DNA of 32,000 nt from Synechococcus sp. A15-24 (GCF_014280195.1 NZ_CP047960.1:1770001-1802000); one strand, 5' to 3'. Positions 17,514 through 24,684 are shown, numbered from the stretch's first letter. Notes: generated from the sequence alone by a model not told the origin. Numbers and translations are program-made.

Positions 17514-18227
17514 ATGTCAACCACCGGATCTGCACCCCTCAACCTGCGTGAGTGGACGGCACCGGAAAAACTCTTACCAAACGGTTCACCTCTAGTACCC
17601 GTTGATGCAAGAGGTGCTGACTGGCACGGGATCGAGCTGGGCGAGCTCGATTTACGCGGAGCAAAGCTTTGTCGCTGCGATTTACGAGGCACAGATCTCA
17701 GTCATTGCCAACTTGATGGCGCTGATCTCCGCCTAGCTCGCTACGACAGCCAAACCGTCGTACCTGTTGGTTTCGACTTGAGCAACAGTGGAGCTGTGGG
17801 GCCCGGCGCCAAGCTCAACGGTGTTTATCTCAACAGCTCCGACCTGCGAGGCATGGATCTGCGGGGAAGCATGCTGCTTGGCAGCTATCTGAGTGGAGCT
17901 GACTTAAGCGGAGCGATACTTGATGGAGTTTCACTGGCCGGTTCAGATCTCCGGTCGTCCACCATGCGGGGAGCAATGTGCCGCGGGACACGATTCGGCA
18001 CCTGCGAACTCGACATGGCTGATCTTCGCGGCGCTGACTTGGAAGGAGCTGTTCTAGAAACGGTCGAGTCGATCAGAGGCACCGATTTTTCCCTCTGCAC
18101 AGGGCTGGGCACTCAGATCGATGCTCTGTTGTCCCGATCAGTTGAAGAACTCGATTGCTGGAACCCCTTAACACGCTCCACAACGCGGAACAGCCTTGAA
18201 TCGTTACGGGCTGCTAGAGCCGATTAG
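17514..18227 (+). CDS. Pentapeptide-repeat protein
   Basis: I place the start at the ATG at 17514 (MSTTGSAPLN), 1 nt after the cpcG2 TGA. There are many A(D/N)LxX-type repeats: GADLSGAILDGVSLAGSDLRSSTMRGAMCRGTRFGTCELDMADLRGADLEGAVL. Confidence 0.85.
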   Translation: MSTTGSAPLNLREWTAPEKLLPNGSPLVPVDARGADWHGIELGELDLRGAKLCRCDLRGTDLSHCQLDGADLRLARYDSQTVVPVGFDLSNSGAVGPGAKLNGVYLNSSDLRGMDLRGSMLLGSYLSGADLSGAILDGVSLAGSDLRSSTMRGAMCRGTRFGTCELDMADLRGADLEGAVLETVESIRGTDFSLCTGLGTQIDALLSRSVEELDCWNPLTRSTTRNSLESLRAARAD

Positions 18228-18405
18228 CCCCGGCCTGCCCACATAAAGCCACAAAGCCTTAACCCACAACTGCTTGGGGGCGAGGGAATTTGGCAAAAGG
18301 GTCACTCCACGCAACACATGAACACACTTGATTGAGGTTTATAAAGAACACGTTCTGTCAGAACGCTTCTGACGGAGCATTGCATGGCGAAACGTCAGAG
18401 CATCC

Positions 18406-19290
18406 ATGCCCTTTGGACCTGCCTCACTTCTAGGGGTCGAACGCTTCTCGGAAGAGAGTGAGGCACCATTCGAGCTGATCCCTGGCGATGACGATGCCCG
18501 AAAAGAGCAGATCATTCGGGCGGTGTACAAGCAGGTTCTTGGCAATGCTTATGTCATGGACAGCGAGCGTCAGGTTGTCGCTGAATCTCAGTTCAAGCTT
18601 GGAGAGATCAGCGTCCGTGACCTGGTTCGCCGCATAGCCAAGAGCGACCTGTATCGCAGCCGCTTCTTTGAAAGCTGCGCACGTTACCGCTACATCGAGT
18701 TGGCCTTCCGCCACCTACTGGGTCGCGCGCCCGCCGACTTTGAGGAAATGCGTGGTCATTCTGAGCGGCTTGACAGCAGTGGATACGACGCCGACATCGA
18801 CAGCTTCGTGGACTCTGATGAGTATCAAAACGCTTTCGGGGAATGGACGGTGCCCTTTCAACGGGGTTGGAAAACCGAAAGCTGTGGAACCATGCAGGAG
18901 TTCACCTGGAGCTTTCAACTGTTGCGAGGCAATAGCAGCAGCAGTCTGAAAGGAGACCTAGCTGGCATCAGCAGCAAGCTCGGTGGTTCTGCTTACCAGA
19001 ACCGAGCCATCCCCGTGGTCCCACCGTCTTCAACCGAGGCCTTGGGATGGAGCTTCCGTCCTTCCCCAAATCTGCAGGATGCACCAACTCGCCTGGGGGT
19101 CGGCGCAGGCGAGCAAGGCCTCACGTATCGCGTGGAGGTCACCGCCTACAGCGCCAACAACGTTCGTCGGATCTCCCGCTACACCCGCAGCAACCGGGTC
19201 TTCTACGTGCCGTTCGACAAGCTCTCGGAGCAGTTCAAACGCATCCACCGCGAAGGAGGAAAGATCGCCAGCATCACACCGGTGACCTGA
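18406..19290 (+). CDS. cpeC: Phycoerythrin-I-associated rod linker CpeC
   Basis: 294 aa with N-terminus MPFGPASLLGV and a PBS-linker domain (AVYKQVLGNAYVMDSER...ISVRDLVRRIAKSDLYRSRFF...IELAFRHLLGRAP). It also has a C-terminal CpcD-like domain (YRVEVTAYS...VFYVPFDKLSEQFKRIHREGGKIASITPV). Confidence 0.9.
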   Translation: MPFGPASLLGVERFSEESEAPFELIPGDDDARKEQIIRAVYKQVLGNAYVMDSERQVVAESQFKLGEISVRDLVRRIAKSDLYRSRFFESCARYRYIELAFRHLLGRAPADFEEMRGHSERLDSSGYDADIDSFVDSDEYQNAFGEWTVPFQRGWKTESCGTMQEFTWSFQLLRGNSSSSLKGDLAGISSKLGGSAYQNRAIPVVPPSSTEALGWSFRPSPNLQDAPTRLGVGAGEQGLTYRVEVTAYSANNVRRISRYTRSNRVFYVPFDKLSEQFKRIHREGGKIASITPVT

Positions 19291-19345
19291 AGCTCCCCTC
19301 ACTGAAATCACGTACACCAGACCACTTCAAAATCTCACCTGAACA

Positions 19346-20992
19346 ATGGCCAGCAATCAAACATCACTCGGCTTTGGAGCAACCACGAAGTGGGGAGATC
19401 CAGTCAGCTTCCAGCGCAAAGGCCAAGCTGGTCAGAAGCCGGCCCTGACTATTGGGGAGTTCAAGAAGCAATCCTGCGATCAAATGGCGATCGGGGTGGG
19501 GCCCCGTAGTCACGCCGACTGCCCTCACCGTGTCACAAGCGAGTGCTACAGCCCAGAGGACAATGGTGCTCTAGAGACAGTCATTTCAGCGTCGTACCGA
19601 CAGGTCTTCGGGAACGCTCATGTCATGAATTTTGAGCGGTGCACAGAACTTGAGGCTCAGCTCAGAGACGGCCGTCTGACCGTGCGTGATTTCATTAGAG
19701 GTCTGGCAAAGTCAAGCTTCTACAAGAGCCGGTTCTTCAACAGCGTTGCTCCACAGCGGGGTGTTGAACTGAATGTCAAACATCTTCTAGGGCGCGCTCC
19801 GGAAACTCAGGCTGAGATTTCTGCCATGATCACCCTGCAGGCAGAACAGGGGCAGGGAGCCCTCATCGACAGCATCGTCGATTCAGCTGAATACCTCGAG
19901 GTATTTGGAAGCGATGTTGTGCCTTATGCCCGCTCTTGGAGTTCTCCTGCAGACCTTTCTACTGCTGCATTCCCGATGCTGGCAGCTCTCGAGAAGAGTT
20001 TCGCCGGCAGTGATAGTGCCCGTGGAGGAAGCCCAGCGCTAACCAGAAGCCTGGCCTCCGGCATCGCTCCTCGGATCAGCGTCCCGAGTCAGGCCGTGGG
20101 CGTGCGTCCCTCCGCAAGCTTCACTTCTGGTCGTTTCAGCAGCAAAGCTCCTGGCATCACCAGTGGTAATGACTCCGCTCCGCTTCGCGGCGACGCATAC
20201 GTCACCTTCGGTCTTGGTCAGCGTGAGCAGGAAACATTTCAGCGTTGCCCAGGAGACAGCCCGGATCAGCTCAATGCCCTGATTCGCTCTGCATACAAAC
20301 AGGTCATGGGTAACCCCCACCTGATGGAGTTTGAACGCGCTCTGTCGGCAGAAAGCAAGTTCATTGATGGTTATTTGAGCACCCGTGAATTTGTGCGGGC
20401 TGTCGGCCTTTCAGCTGAATACAAGCGGCGATTCTTTGAAACCAACGCTCCTTATCGATTCATCGAGCTGAATTTCAAACATTTCCTCGGTAGAGCCCCA
20501 CAGTCTCAAGCGGAGATCAGCGAACACACCAAGATCCTCGCCGAAGGTGGTTATGAAGCTGAAATCTGCAGCTACGTCGACAGCGTGGAGTATCAGAGCA
20601 TCTTTGGTGAAGACACCATTCCATACGCCAGGATCCTTACCGAAAACGGCCGCTCCCAGGTTGCCTTCAATCGACATCTCAGCCTGGCAGAAGGCTTCGC
20701 AGCTAGTGACACGGTCCTGAGCAGCTCCTCTCTTGTCTCCTCCGTTGCCACGGGAATGGTTCCCAGTGGATGGAGTGCTACGACCACCCGAATTAACCGA
20801 ACTGGAACACAGTCAGGCGCTCCTGATCCCACGAAGAAGCGCTTCCGGATTGTCGTAGCAACCCAGGCAGCTCGGTCACGTCAGCGCACCGCAGGAAACA
20901 CTTATCTCGTCTCCGGCAAGGACATGTCCAGCCAAATGAAGTACATCCATGCACGTGGAGGCAAAATTGTCTCCATCACTGAGGTGATGTAA
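19346..20992 (+). CDS. mpeD: Chimeric PEII/PEI-associated linker MpeD (548 aa; two PBS-linker domains plus CpcD-like C-terminus)
   Basis: The N-terminal half resembles MpeC (CDQMAIGVGPRSHADC motif; SYRQVFGNAHVMNFER...LTVRDFIRGLAKSSFYKSRFF). A Ser/Gly-rich hinge follows, then a second linker domain (AYKQVMGNPHLMEFER...FIELNFKHFLGRAP). The tail is CpcD-like (FRIVVATQ...MKYIHARGGKIVSITEV). Confidence 0.9.
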   Translation: MASNQTSLGFGATTKWGDPVSFQRKGQAGQKPALTIGEFKKQSCDQMAIGVGPRSHADCPHRVTSECYSPEDNGALETVISASYRQVFGNAHVMNFERCTELEAQLRDGRLTVRDFIRGLAKSSFYKSRFFNSVAPQRGVELNVKHLLGRAPETQAEISAMITLQAEQGQGALIDSIVDSAEYLEVFGSDVVPYARSWSSPADLSTAAFPMLAALEKSFAGSDSARGGSPALTRSLASGIAPRISVPSQAVGVRPSASFTSGRFSSKAPGITSGNDSAPLRGDAYVTFGLGQREQETFQRCPGDSPDQLNALIRSAYKQVMGNPHLMEFERALSAESKFIDGYLSTREFVRAVGLSAEYKRRFFETNAPYRFIELNFKHFLGRAPQSQAEISEHTKILAEGGYEAEICSYVDSVEYQSIFGEDTIPYARILTENGRSQVAFNRHLSLAEGFAASDTVLSSSSLVSSVATGMVPSGWSATTTRINRTGTQSGAPDPTKKRFRIVVATQAARSRQRTAGNTYLVSGKDMSSQMKYIHARGGKIVSITEVM

Positions 20993-21016
20993 GAGCAGAT
21001 CTAGTCCTGCCATAGG

Positions 21017-21038
21017 GGGCCGCCTCCTGAAGCGGCCC
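21017..21038 (+). terminator. GC-rich hairpin between mpeD and cpeE (possible attenuator or mRNA-stability element; weak T tract)
   Basis: GGGCCGC (21017-21023), an 8-nt loop, GCGGCCC (21032-21038), followed only by TTATAGATTT. Confidence 0.35.
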
Positions 21039-21066
21039 TTATAGATTTCAAACCCATTCCAGCATC

Positions 21067-21801
21067 ATGACTGAGCCCACAACTCTTGCTTCACAACCCA
21101 ACGTTGATACCAGTCATGCTGCTGTGGTCGTTCAACAAACGTATCGCCAAGTCTTCGGAAACCGACACCTGATGGAGCTTGATGTCAATAGCTCCATCGA
21201 GGCACTATTCATGAATGGTGATCTCACCGTCCAGGGTTTTGTCATGGCCCTCGCGCAGTCTGACACCTACAAAAAACTGTTCTTTGAGACCAATAGTCCC
21301 TATCAGTTTGTTGAACTTAATTTCAAGCACCTTCTTGGCCGACCTCCTCATGATCAGGTCGAGCTAATGAATCACGTGAGACTGCTGCAAGACGAAGGAT
21401 TTGAAGCCGAGATAGCAAGCTATGTCTACAGCGAAGAATATCTTTCAGCCTTCGGAGTCGATCAGGTCCCATACAACCGCGCCTCAGAAAGCATGGTTGG
21501 AGGACGAACCCTGAACTACACCCGATCAAGAGTTGTTGATGCAGGTTACGCCGGATACGACAGTGCTGAGCGCCAGTCCAAGTTGCTGCAAAGCCTGTGC
21601 TCAGGCAACTCACCAGACGTGGTTGATCGCAAGAGTGTCGGAAACGCCAACTCCTTAACGATCAATTGGACGTCACGCCGCCAGGTTGGAGCCAATCGGC
21701 GCGCTGTACAGAAATCGGTGGTCAATCAGACATCCATGTCGGCAACGATTCGCTCGATCCTGTCCCAAGGCGGAAAGATCCTTTCTATTGCGAAGGCTTA
21801 A
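21067..21801 (+). CDS. cpeE: Phycoerythrin-I-associated rod linker CpeE
   Basis: 244 aa with a PBS-linker domain (TYRQVFGNRHLMELD...LTVQGFVMALAQSDTYKKLFF...FVELNFKHLLGRPP) and a degenerate CpcD-like C-terminus (MSATIRSILSQGGKILSIAKA). Its position after cpeC-mpeD supports the call. Confidence 0.85.
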   Translation: MTEPTTLASQPNVDTSHAAVVVQQTYRQVFGNRHLMELDVNSSIEALFMNGDLTVQGFVMALAQSDTYKKLFFETNSPYQFVELNFKHLLGRPPHDQVELMNHVRLLQDEGFEAEIASYVYSEEYLSAFGVDQVPYNRASESMVGGRTLNYTRSRVVDAGYAGYDSAERQSKLLQSLCSGNSPDVVDRKSVGNANSLTINWTSRRQVGANRRAVQKSVVNQTSMSATIRSILSQGGKILSIAKA

Positions 21802-22061
21802 TCCTTAGCGCTTTTTCCACAATCCAGACAGGCAAATCAGTCATGATTGCCGAGTGGTCATACAAAGGTGACCCTCAAGAACACATTCACCAGATTCAAA
21901 TCGGAAACGGTTATTCCCAATGCCAATTCTTCGCCCATTTTCAAGAGAACAACCGACTCAGAACACAGCTTTTCAGCAATCAGTAGCTTCTGCACCAATG
22001 GCCATGTCGATGATGATCGATTCAATGGTTAACATGATGCATAGCAATCGCCAGCCGCTGG

Positions 22062-22625
22062 ATGAGCACAATATTAAAAAGTATGACGATTGAGCAATTT
22101 GTTGCTCAAAGTGTGGGTAAATGGCGGTCCATGAGATCTGGTCATTCTCTCGCTTTTCAACAATTTGAAGACGTTCTTAGCGAAGTAAGCATTGAATCCA
22201 TCGAGAAAGACGATTCTGCTGTTCAAGATTTACTCTCAACCGCAACTTCTCATCAAGGACATAGCTCCGACATAGTCGCGCCATTCAGGATGGAATGGTC
22301 AGCTGAAAGTGACTGGGAGCCCGAAGATCCATCTCAAGTTTCATCAGGCTCGTGCCTGATCATCCCACTGAAAAAAAATGATTATTCTGGCATCTTGATC
22401 AGAAGTGTGGGGTATGCCGAATCAGAATTAGCAGAGTCGACATACCAGTTCTTAGATGATGGCACATTCTTACTTACAACTCACTATGAACAATCAATAG
22501 CAGAGGAAAGAATCTGGTTTGTTTCAGACAATGTTCGGTGCAGATCATCTGTGTTGAAGACATCTGCAGGCTCAGGAGTTCTGCAAACTTCATTTGCCTC
22601 TGAAGTCAGACGAGTCAAGGCCTAG
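22062..22625 (+). CDS. cpeS: Phycoerythrobilin lyase, CpcS/CpeS family
   Basis: 187 aa. The motif FVAQSVGKWRSMRSGHSLAFQQFE is typical of S-type lyases. An alternative start is at 22083 (MTIEQF). Confidence 0.85.
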   Translation: MSTILKSMTIEQFVAQSVGKWRSMRSGHSLAFQQFEDVLSEVSIESIEKDDSAVQDLLSTATSHQGHSSDIVAPFRMEWSAESDWEPEDPSQVSSGSCLIIPLKKNDYSGILIRSVGYAESELAESTYQFLDDGTFLLTTHYEQSIAEERIWFVSDNVRCRSSVLKTSAGSGVLQTSFASEVRRVKA

Positions 22626-22633
22626 ATATATAC

Positions 22634-23248
22634 ATGAGAAATTATTCAGCGATTGCAGACTTTGCCAAGACTCTTGCAGGCACGTTCGATAACATTAATC
22701 AAGCACAAGAAAATCCAAAGGATTTCGCACGAATCAAAATTTTTTTTCGACCATTACCATGGCGCATCTTTAGAGGACCAGGTTTTTATTCTGAGCAATG
22801 CTATGACTATGCTCCGTGGGATCCCTACCGGCAAGGGATACATCGGCTAGTACTAGATCAGAACTTGTTTGTAATGGAGAATTTTGCCTTTGATAATCCT
22901 CGCCGACTTGCTGGCGCTGGATGTAATCCCGAACTTTTGGACGATCTGCATTCAGAATCATTGAAGAGGCGCTGCGGCTGTGCCATGCATTTCCGATCCA
23001 TATCTCCTGGACACTACGTTGGCAATGTTGAACCCGGGAAAAGTTGTCTAATTCCAAGGGACGGAAAATTGACTTATCTTGTCAGTGAAGTTGAAGTCAA
23101 TCAAACCTCCTGGATTAGTCGGGATCGTGGATTTGACCCAGAGAACAATGCGCAAGTCTGGGGATCAGAGCATGGCATGCTGCGATTCAAAAAAATCACA
23201 AGTTTTTCAAAGGAAATCACTAACGAGTGGCTCGAGCTTAAAACCTGA
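22634..23248 (+). CDS. cpeT: Bilin lyase, CpcT/CpeT family
   Basis: 204 aa. FAKTLAGTFDNINQAQENPKDFARIKIFFRPLPW...FYSEQCYDYAPWDPYRQGIHRL is the T-type lyase signature region. Confidence 0.85.
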   Translation: MRNYSAIADFAKTLAGTFDNINQAQENPKDFARIKIFFRPLPWRIFRGPGFYSEQCYDYAPWDPYRQGIHRLVLDQNLFVMENFAFDNPRRLAGAGCNPELLDDLHSESLKRRCGCAMHFRSISPGHYVGNVEPGKSCLIPRDGKLTYLVSEVEVNQTSWISRDRGFDPENNAQVWGSEHGMLRFKKITSFSKEITNEWLELKT

Positions 23249-23251
23249 ACA

Positions 23252-23557
23252 ATGGTTGATTATGATAAACAAATGAAAACGTGGATACGTTCACAACATT
23301 TAATCTGTGTTGGAAGTGATTTTATTTTTGAAACTGTTGATCAAACTCAATTAGACAAGTTCGAGACTTGCATTAGAGCCATGGGAGGGAGAATTAGAAC
23401 TGTAAAAGCCGTTGGAAACTGGCCAATGGGGCCTAGACGATCATTCAAGATCCTGCAAGCAACTGCAAGTGTTCCACGACCCGGCGGCGAGGCTTTAGTG
23501 ACCTACTGGGCCAAAAAGGGAAGCAAAACAACAAGGTACTCTGAGATATCTTCTTGA
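23252..23557 (+). CDS. cpeR: Phycoerythrin operon regulator CpeR
   Basis: 101 aa, 3 nt after the cpeT stop. The cpeS-cpeT-cpeR order and the small basic C-terminus match CpeR family members as I remember them. Confidence 0.75.
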   Translation: MVDYDKQMKTWIRSQHLICVGSDFIFETVDQTQLDKFETCIRAMGGRIRTVKAVGNWPMGPRRSFKILQATASVPRPGGEALVTYWAKKGSKTTRYSEISS

Positions 23558-23567
23558 TAATTGAGGC

Positions 23568-23801
23568 TCATTCATCAAACCATCCCATCCAGGTATCCTG
23601 AGTAAAGTCAGTGTGCTTGCTCCACCTTCTTAATATAGTCAAGGAATCGAATTCATATCCCTTAGATGCAGCGATTGCGATCACATCATCTTGATTGAGA
23701 GCTGCCTTAATTTCAGCTTTGAGATCAGGATCCTGACGAACCATTGTAATGAATGATTCCAAAGATAAATCTTGCTTTACGTTAGAGGAGGAATCCGTCA
23801 T
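23568..23801 (-). CDS. Nif11-domain small protein (77 aa), PBS-region unknown
   Basis: LESFITMVRQDPDLKAEIKAALNQDDVIAIAASKGYEFDS fits the Nif11 N-terminal domain pattern. It is a paralog of the 23839..24120 and 29617..29961 products. Confidence 0.65.
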   Translation of the reverse strand: MTDSSSNVKQDLSLESFITMVRQDPDLKAEIKAALNQDDVIAIAASKGYEFDSLTILRRWSKHTDFTQDTWMGWFDE

Positions 23802-23838
23802 ACCAGAGACTGCTCAATAGAGGTAATCTCATTGTAGA

Positions 23839-24120
23839 TCAAACTCCATCCATCAGCATGGCACGCCATAAGGCAACCTTCCGAAATGCCCAGGACCAAT
23901 GCTCAACAGGTACGACAAGAATCTTTGCCAATTCTGAATCACTCAAAGTCTTACGATCCAAAGAAAGATGTAGCTGCCATTCACTTGATGAAAAAATAAA
24001 TCCCTTGGAAGCTGCATAATCAACAATATCCTGGTCAGTCTTACAAGCCTTCAAACCAGTGGCGATTGAATGGTCATACACAACCGCCTGGATAAATTCG
24101 TTAATCGGAAGAGTATTCAT
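23839..24120 (-). CDS. Nif11-domain small protein (93 aa), PBS-region unknown
   Basis: INEFIQAVVYDHSIATGLKACKTDQDIVDYAASKGFIFSS fits the same pattern. I place the start at the ATG at 24120, 2 nt after the upstream gene's TGA, rather than the TTG at 24129. Confidence 0.6.
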   Translation of the reverse strand: MNTLPINEFIQAVVYDHSIATGLKACKTDQDIVDYAASKGFIFSSSEWQLHLSLDRKTLSDSELAKILVVPVEHWSWAFRKVALWRAMLMDGV

Positions 24121-24122
24121 TC

Positions 24123-24443
24123 TCAACAACTCTCAATCCACAAAGCAAAGTTGACCCTTGTACAAATCATTTGAAGCACCAATGGCCCCCCAGGACAACG
24201 CAGAAGTCGCCATGGAATATTCTTGTCTAGGACACCAGAATCAACGGTGATCTTTGGTGGACTTGTTGCCTGTTCGTAGGGTATCAATGCAGCACCAGTT
24301 AATGCTGGTTCAATTGAATCGACGATTGTTTTCAGCTGATCGAGAGTTGTGATCTCGTTTAACTCGGATTGGACTTCCTCCCGTGCTTGAACGGCAGCGA
24401 CGAATTCAGAGAGCGCTTGCTCACGCTCAGGGGACACAGGCAT
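24123..24443 (-). CDS. Small hypothetical protein (106 aa), first gene of the minus-strand trio; weakly Nif11-like N-terminus
   Basis: I place the start at the ATG at 24443 (MPVSPEREQALSEFVAAVQAREEVQSELNEITTLDQLKTIV). The ORF-track N-terminal extension (to 24611) is AT-rich and looks non-coding. An alternative ATG is at 24491. Confidence 0.5.
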   Translation of the reverse strand: MPVSPEREQALSEFVAAVQAREEVQSELNEITTLDQLKTIVDSIEPALTGAALIPYEQATSPPKITVDSGVLDKNIPWRLLRCPGGPLVLQMICTRVNFALWIESC

Positions 24444-24684
24444 CGTGTTGCGACGAACCGATCGAATAGTACCAAAAACAAGTCTTTTCATTTTATTACA
24501 GCAACAGCAACCTGAGCCGTCGGAACATGGATATGGAGTAAATTTCGAAAAAACTTTTTGAATCTTACAAGTGAATATTTCCATGCGCATAAACAAATAA
24601 TCTTGACGCATACGCTCTAAAATTATTCAGGAAATCGAAGACTGCCTTCATCAGTCTCATCAATTCATCCGACCAATTAAAATT

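Noticed and set aside
18352-18360. Shared 9-mer GTTCTGTCA upstream of cpeC (18352-18360) and upstream of mpeC (27416-27424), considered as a common PE-operon regulatory box.
   Set aside because: A single shared 9-mer between two spacers of roughly 200-300 nt is about as likely as not by chance on my rough estimate. The distances to the start codons differ (54 versus 83 nt). I could not find it upstream of mpeB, mpeE or cpeS.
21885-21905. Possible partial repeats of the tRNA-Phe 3' end (att-like sites): ATTCAAATCGG at about 21893 and GGTCCTGGC at about 1176.
   Set aside because: These are only 8-9 nt matches. One lies inside the prmC coding sequence and the other lacks the flanking tRNA bases. 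Both are consistent with chance, and no integrase gene is nearby.
21843-21986. A 47-codon ORF (MIAEWSYKGDPQEHIHQIQIGNGYSQCQFFAHFQENNRLRTQLFSNQ) in the 260-nt cpeE-cpeS spacer, and the overlapping 61-aa ORF 21847..22032.
   Set aside because: I recognise no motif, there is no hydrophobic helix, and two frames are open simultaneously in an AT-rich spacer. It is more likely the cpeS promoter/5'-UTR region. It would need conservation or Ribo-seq evidence.
23568-24443. Interpretation of the Nif11-like genes as lanthipeptide (prochlorosin-type) or other RiPP precursors.
   Set aside because: There is no GG/GA leader-cleavage motif in the three clustered genes, and their C-termini are not Cys/Ser/Thr-rich. 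No LanM, cyclodehydratase, radical-SAM or C39-peptidase transporter gene lies in the window. I kept only a low-probability caveat for the 114-aa paralog.
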